The notes under the pieces: generated by a model | Seen by the model: only the letters and a program-made list of their open reading frames with translations | Database searches by the model: none | What the model was told of the DNA's origin: nothing | Made by a program: the position numbers and the translations under genes | Part shown: positions 57,489-64,000 of the stretch, piece by piece | How the letters are laid out: every line of letters begins with the position of its first letter | Position numbering within the stretch: the first letter of the stretch is position 1 | Origin: the human T2T-CHM13v2.0 reference genome, Homo sapiens | Length of the DNA: 64,000 bases | NCBI RefSeq assembly: GCF_009914755.1 | Contig: NC_060934.1 | Reading direction: 5' to 3' (one strand)

Positions 57489-59690
57489 CTATCACAGCAA
57501 CTACTACTTTTTGAACTTGTTTCTCTTCCCTCTGAAACCTAGGTTCACTTCAATATATCATCGAACCAGAACTTCTGATAATAAAAAGCTTTTCTCAGGA
57601 TCAGGACCCCCCCCTTCTACAAAACTATTTCAGCTCCAGACTTATTTCCTAGCTGTTTATGTGATCACCAATAGAATTAAATGTAAGCCTTCATTTTCTC
57701 CCAGAAATCTTACTTTAATTCTATCCCATAATATTTCCCATCATTTAAATGTCCTAGGCTCAAAGTGCATGGCACATCATGTCTAATTTCCAGTTCTCTC
57801 CAGTTGTTCATGTATACCTTAACTCCCAACCCAGACTCTAAATTTCTCAAGACAAAGCTAATGCCTGTCACTTTTCTCTTCCACAGGCTGTGGTGTAATC
57901 GGGACAACAATGAGGCAATCCTAAAGAGGTATCCCAAATTAGGGAAACCCACTGCCCCAACTTTACATTACCAAATAATGGTTCCAGGATGAATCAAGAT
58001 GATATAGATGTCACAGTGCAATCATCACAATGTCAACATGACCACAAAGAAGCCTATTCTAGCTAGTTAAGTTTCTCAGAATCTCATCTATACAGTTGGA
58101 GGCTGTTCCTGGCACTATAATCATTATACTACTAGTACACAGTGTCTACCTCTAACACTTAAACATTTTAAACCTCAGTAGACCTAAGTAACTATACTGG
58201 CAATTTCTATGTGCTGGCTTTTTACTTTCTACTTGCCCTATGGCCTTTCAGAAATTATTAAAGTAATACAGAGAGATGTTCAGTTATTTCTATGGGGCAT
58301 GCTAAAGTACAAAGAACAGCAGTAGCCTCCGTACCATGAAAATCTCAACCTGAGGCAGCATTCCAAGCTAAGCAAAAATAGTAAAGGGCCCATTTGTCTC
58401 TGGAGCAGAGACAATCATCAAATGCGTATCAGTAAATTACCATTCATTTCTACCAATATGACCACCTCAATGCCTGAGATCATGAAAATCTGGTAGGAAT
58501 CCATAAAATGTTCTTAGACAGGTAGAGTACAAGAAAGCTGCCATTTACTTTGAGTTCTGCAAGAATTAAAAATCTATTTTATGAATGTCACTATCATTTA
58601 TCCAATAAAAAATAAATTACAAATTAAGGCAGAAGAAAATACACTAAGACCTTAACCACAAAGAAAGGATGAAAACGATACAGTATTTGCAAGTTAGAAA
58701 AGTGAGATTTGGCATGGTCGTGAGATGATGTGAAGGATGAATCGTGCCTTAATTTAATGCCTGAATATCTTAGATTACATTAATCTCTCAAAAGCTGAGT
58801 AACAACAGAAACCACCTAATTAATAAACTGATAAAATAACTGCCACAGAAAATACTGAAGTGCCATTATTGTTACAGTTAAAATAAACAGTAAGTCAGTA
58901 TAGCTGCAGTCTCATCTGAATTTACCACCTGAAATCATTAACTTTTAGTTATCATAATTGAAAGCAAAACTCACATAACAATGATACTCCTAAATGTAGA
59001 AATATTTGATTTTAAAATACAATATCCAGGAACAGAACATGAAATGTGACCAAATTCCTCAAAATTCTCATTACCCTACAAATTATTTAATTTGCTTGTA
59101 CAACTACTACAAAATCAGGACACTTCATAGTCACAAAATCTTTAATAGCTAGCAATGCTACAGAAAGTAGAAGATGAGAGGAATAAAAGATATTTCTAAC
59201 TAAATCAAATAAAATTACATATTTAAAATACTATGACAGAGGGATAAAAAGAATAAAAATATATTTTAGGCAAGCAAGTCAAAGTAAAAAGCTTCCGTCT
59301 TGTTTTCCTCCCCCCTCCCAAAGTAAGGTAAACACAGAGTAAATTATGCATTTAAAATCTATCCAGGGTGGCTGAACAGAATTTATTAAAGAGGACCTGC
59401 ACACTACACACTCTGTACCAAAGATTTATATACTGCAGGCTGATTTTCTTTATTGTTTTATATCGTCATACAAAATAAGGTTTTATAATACTAGTAGTAA
59501 AAAAAAAGAAACCACAACATAAAGTACTTAGAACCATACAAATATACACATATAATGGAAATACATAACTTCTACTTTGCTTTTAAAGCTTGATAAACAT
59601 ATAGTTACAACTAGAGAAATTATACGATGATTCAAATTTAAAATGATATAATTATTAAAAATAGCAAATTTTAAAAACATTTCAACTTAC

Positions 59691-59916
59691 CTGGTTTCTT
59701 TCTGGATTTTTCATGACCTAGCTGTCCTAGATCATTACATCCACATGTGTACACTGTTCCATCATCCAGAACAAACACAGTATGTCTGAGTCCACATCCT
59801 ACATCTCGGACCCTTTTATTTATAAAGAAGTCACTTTTTCTGGGCTCTAGTACAATTTCTTCATCAATTCCACCCAAACCTAGCTGCCCAAAGGATGCAT
59901 TTCCCCAGCACAACAT
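59691..59916 (-). CDS. HERC4: HERC4 first coding exon (exon spans 59691-59994 incl. 78 nt 5'UTR), aa 1-75 MLCWGNASFGQLGLGG...EKSRKKP
   Basis: ATG at 59916-59914; RCC1-repeat motifs (WGxxxxGQLG, VGCGLRHTV); acceptor ttctttctatttcctcAG at 59996-59995; donor CAG|GTAAGT at 59690; 226 coding nt, phase 1. Protein recognised as the HERC4 N-terminus. Confidence 0.97.
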
Positions 59917-60464
59917 GCTTGTAATTATTTTGGTCTTCCAGTTTCAATAAAAAATTCTCTTCTGAAACCCCGGAAAGTTGGAGGTACCCTATGTCTGAGG
60001 AAATAGAAAGAAGTTAATATGACTTCAAAGAAAAAAGGATGTATAATTGCTCTTTCAAGTGCTAGGCTACAATAATTGCTACATGGTAAACATTAAATAT
60101 ACTTTATAACATGCTACATAAGTATCATTCAGTTTCAAAAACCAATCAGTTGTATTTTTTAAAATGTATCATACAGAAATTTTTAGGGAAAATATGACAC
60201 TTTCTATGATCCTTTGCAAAATTTAAAACATATTAACTAGTTTTGACTTCTGGTTATCTTGTGATAGACTAAACTAATAGGAATAAGTACCTTGATGAAA
60301 TTAATCACAATTTTTTCTACTTTTTGCTTTAAATAATTTCAATGGGAACAAGAAATAAGACATCTTTCCTCTGCCCAAAAAGCAAATATACACAGTGAAA
60401 AATTTAGCCAACTGCAGAAACATAACCTTGCAATCCTAGTATAATTAAGCTTTCTAATACCTAC

Positions 60465-60494
60465 CTCCACATCAACAGAAAATGGAGTTCTTAT
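60465..60494 (-). other. HERC4: Candidate 30-nt 5'UTR microexon of HERC4 (exon 2)
   Basis: Acceptor ggttttatttctgttacAG (60496-60495), donor GAG|GTAGGT (60464); second donor TAG|GTATTA 4 nt further (60460). Confidence 0.65.
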
Positions 60495-61299
60495 CTGTAA
60501 CAGAAATAAAACCAATAATGGAAATTTAAAGCAATTTTCCACAATTTAAACGACTCTCCCAATTACTCTTTAGCCCAGAGAGAAAATGAAGATTCTCTTA
60601 CCAAACCATAATCTTAAATCACCTCCAAAGATCCCAGATTTCAAATCAAAATACTAACATTCCAACCTCACTAATTTTAAAACTAAATCAATGTGCATAA
60701 TTATAATACAGAAAAAAAAACATGCAATTTAAATATCAATTCTCTCCAAAATTCAACCTCTTTTATTACAAGTGGTAACCGGGATTAAAAAAATCACCCG
60801 TGGGCAATCTATATCTATCTATATCTCTGAGACAATTATTTAAAGATTGGCGGGGGGGAATTGCAAATAACTCCAGCACTGCAGATTTTTCAAGAATAGG
60901 AATGGATAGTCTGATGGCGAAATCTGTAGAACTTTCCAGCACACTGACTGAATATTTCCTCACTTGTAAAGAAAGACACAAATAACAGAGTCCACTTCAT
61001 CTATACATACGTAGACTTTTAAACACATCGCGTTACTAAATATCATAATTACAGGAAGTCAGCCTTATTCTGTAGCAGTCATCCACATTCTTACAGAGCC
61101 TGCGAAGTTTCAACTCCAATTTTCCTATGTTCCTGTTAGCAAGTGCCCAAGGTGTCCCATTCCACGACCCATCATCCCATTAACAGAAGTTTGATTTCAT
61201 TCTTTTGGGGTATCAGAACTCGATAATTCCCAAGAGTTCTGCATTGTCTTCCCATATTTAAAAACAAAATAAGAGTAATACAGGAAAATACCCCGACTT

Positions 61300-62340
61300 C
61301 AGCGCGCGAGGTTTAACCACCCTTTTCTTTAAAACACAGAGGCGTCCTCTCGCCAGCAACAGGTAGGGAAATGAGAAGCAGTTTAGTCCCGTCTTTCCCT
61401 GAACGTGCACCCAGATCAGCTCATGGGGACTGGGAAAGAGAAATCATCTGCACACACCCAACCTCGCAGCCAAGCAGACGACTACCGCAACCGGCCGCTC
61501 GCAACGGCTTCAGAGGCCGGCGGCCGAGGCTTGGCAGTGCGCGGCCTCAACCTGAGAGAAGCCCATCCCCAGGCAGATGAGACATTCCAGCCCCGGGGCC
61601 AGGGAGCCACAGCCCTGCCCTCGCCCCACGCCCCTCACCCCCAGGAAGCGCGGAGAAAGCGCCCTATGCCGGGCCGGCCTGCATCCGCCCAGCCCGGCCT
61701 GCCCCTCCCTAACGCCGTCACACGCCCCCGAACCCGCTGGGGCCACAACTCGCCCAAGCCCTTCAGGGTAGGGGAAGCCCAAGGTGACGGGGGGCGGCCC
61801 CTGCCCAGAGAGCAAGGCAGCGCGGTCGCTGAAGCACGTCTCCGGCTCCTGGGACCCTCCTCTGTCAGCCAGTGGCGACGATCACCAGGGCACCTCCGGC
61901 GTCTGTGCCGCTGCTCCGCTGCTCCCCTCCCCGGCCCCTGGGAAACTTTACCGGGTTCCTTAGAGAAAAGCGGACGCCACTGCTGTCCAGTCCAGAGACA
62001 GCCGTCAGCGACCCGGATGGAGCGGGCGGGGAAGAACGGGAGGCAAGCGGGGCGGAGAGCACCAGGGGTGGGGAGAGTTGGGGAAGAGACTGGGTAGGAG
62101 AAGGCAGAGGGGGAGGTGGCCACGCGAGGGAGGCGGGGGAGGGGCTGGCCGGAAGTGAACCGCAGAGCACGCGCGCGAGCCCGCCCACTTCCCGGCCCCG
62201 GCACCGGCGCCTGCGCCGAATCTTCCGGGGGGGGGGGGGGGGGGGGGGTGCCTGGCCACAGGCGCCTGCGCAGTGTGCCGCTTTGCGTTGCTTTAAGAGG
62301 GAAAAGCCAAATACAGAAAGTTGGAGTTTGCGAAGACAAA
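61300..62340. promoter_or_regulatory. CpG island / TATA-less HERC4 promoter
   Basis: Very GC- and CpG-rich against AT-rich flanks; ETS/GABP CCGGAAGTG 62149-62157; GC boxes (e.g. CCCGCCC 62180-62186); NRF1-like GCGCCTGCGC at 62207-62216 and 62262-62271; G22 run 62227-62248. Confidence 0.9.
61952..62100 (-). other. HERC4: HERC4 non-coding exon 1 (5' boundary approximate)
   Basis: Within the CpG island, downstream of ETS/GC-box motifs; donor CCG|GTAAAG at 61951; no ATG in this segment. TSS not determinable from sequence. Confidence 0.7.
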
Positions 62341-62905
62341 CGAAGAAGATGTCAACTGTTTTTGAGAATGCTTCGGCGTGCACAAAGCCTTTTAATGAAG
62401 CAAATCACTTTGTTTTTTGGTTTGGTTGTCTTTGTGCTCATGGATGCTAGCTAGTCTTTTTATTATTTTACTCTCTCTTTTCCCAAGGAGATTTTAAAGT
62501 AGCAGATGAAACATCACAATTATGAACATAAAGACTGGTGAAGAGTTATTTTATCCCATGGCCTCAACTGGAGCCAGTCTGAGGATGTGAGATGTGTTGA
62601 TGGCAATGGCTGAAGCTACTCTACTACCACCACCACCAGTTCAGTTTCCTTGTACAGTGTTGGCTACCATCACTTTCTACACTCTCCCTGAAAGATAGGC
62701 TTGAATTGCAGGGTCTCATTCTATCAGAGAAAATTACACATTGGCTGCAGTCCCTGATTCATAAAAACGAAGTCTGGATCTCCTAGGCCAGCCTTAACTT
62801 CTTAAAAAGCAGGAGAACTTGAAACAATGCACTTTTGAAATTGTAAGTTGGGTATTGCTAGAATGAATATTCAGTACCTAGAAGAAGTTCCACAAATAGG
62901 CCATC

Positions 62906-63268
<363 letters not shown>

Positions 63269-63287
63269 TAGAATATGTTCAAGTGTG

Positions 63288-64000
63288 TGTATTCGTGTCC
63301 TAGGCTTGCCATATAAATTAAAACAGATTCGGTGGCTTAAAACAACAGAAATTTATTGTCTCACAGTTCTGAAGACCAGTTCAAAATCAAGGTGAAAGTA
63401 AGCTTGGTTCTCTCTTGGGGTCTCTGAGAGATAATCTTTTCCAGGCTTCTCTGCTAGCTTCTGGTGGTTGCCAACAATCCTTGGCAATCCTTGTAGAAGC
63501 ATCCCTCTTCACCTTGTTTTCCCTGTGTGTCTGTCCAAATTTCCCTCTTTTATAAGGACACCAGATATTGGATTAGAGCCTACCCTGATCCATTATGACC
63601 TCATCTTAACCTTATTACATCTGCAAAGAACTCATTTCCAATTAAAGGTCACATTTGGCCGGGCACGGTGGCTCACGCCTGTAATCCCAGCACTTTGGGA
63701 GGCTGAGGCGGGTGGATCACCTGAGGTCGGGAGTTCGAGACCAGCCTGACCAACATGCAGAAACCCTGTCTCTACTGAAAAAATACAAAATTAGCCGGGC
63801 GTGGTGGTGCATTCCTGTAATCCCATCTCCTCAGGAGGCTGAGGCAGGAGAATTGCTTGAACCTGGGAGACGGAGGTTTTGCGGTGAGCCTAGAGCGCGC
63901 CATTGCACTCCAGCCTGGGCAACAAGAGCAAAACTCCATCTCAAAAAAAAAAAAAAAGTTCACATTCACAGGTACTGGAGGTTAGGACTTCAGCTTATCT
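63288..64000 (-). mobile_element. MLT1 (MaLR) LTR interrupted by an Alu (63657-63957, +)
   Basis: ggtggcttaaaacaacagaaatttattgtctcacagttctg and ttggattagagcctaccctgatccattatgacctcatcttaac; Alu flanked by aaggtcacatt/aagttcacatt. Confidence 0.85.

Noticed and set aside
60291-60494. Longer 204-nt version of UTR exon 2 using AAG|GTACTT
   Set aside because: Weaker donor than GAG|GTAGGT; cannot be excluded but has no sequence support over the short form.
61405-62454. Long overlapping ORFs (230, 234, 192, 172 aa) on both strands
   Set aside because: They lie in the GC-rich CpG island, where stops are rare; Pro/Arg/Gly/Ala-rich, no recognisable domain, and open in several frames at once.

Overview
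Human (primate) genomic DNA containing the 5' part of HERC4 (RCC1-like-domain/HECT E3 ubiquitin ligase) on the minus strand. A CpG-island promoter lies at ~61.3-62.35 kb. It is followed by non-coding exon 1, a candidate 30-nt 5'UTR microexon, and seven coding exons (59691-59916, 31179-31338, 24865-24941, 20738-20959, 19551-19642, 12322-12452, 794-954). These have GT-AG boundaries and splice in frame to give residues 1-356 (the RCC1-repeat propeller); the HECT domain lies off the left edge. The introns hold about 55 Alus (manual count), old nested L1s, MLT1 LTRs, L2/MIR fragments, Tigger1, MER82, MADE1, a piggyBac (Looper-type) transposase fossil, and a ~550-bp AT-rich palindromic array. Nearly all ORFs in the supplied track are Alu/L1/low-complexity artefacts. 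The most interesting signals are post-transcriptional and inferred from sequence: (1) a 5'UTR microexon supplying the only uAUG, with tandem donors switching between a 25-codon and a 3-codon uORF; (2) a 72-nt in-frame cassette exon and a 45-nt stop-containing exon in intron 4; (3) an antisense-Alu exon with downstream poly(A) signals that would give a 110-aa truncated product; (4) a duplicated 3' splice-site region at exon 4. Repeat family names come from recognising consensus sequences by eye, not from a RepeatMasker run. Some of these isoforms may already be annotated.
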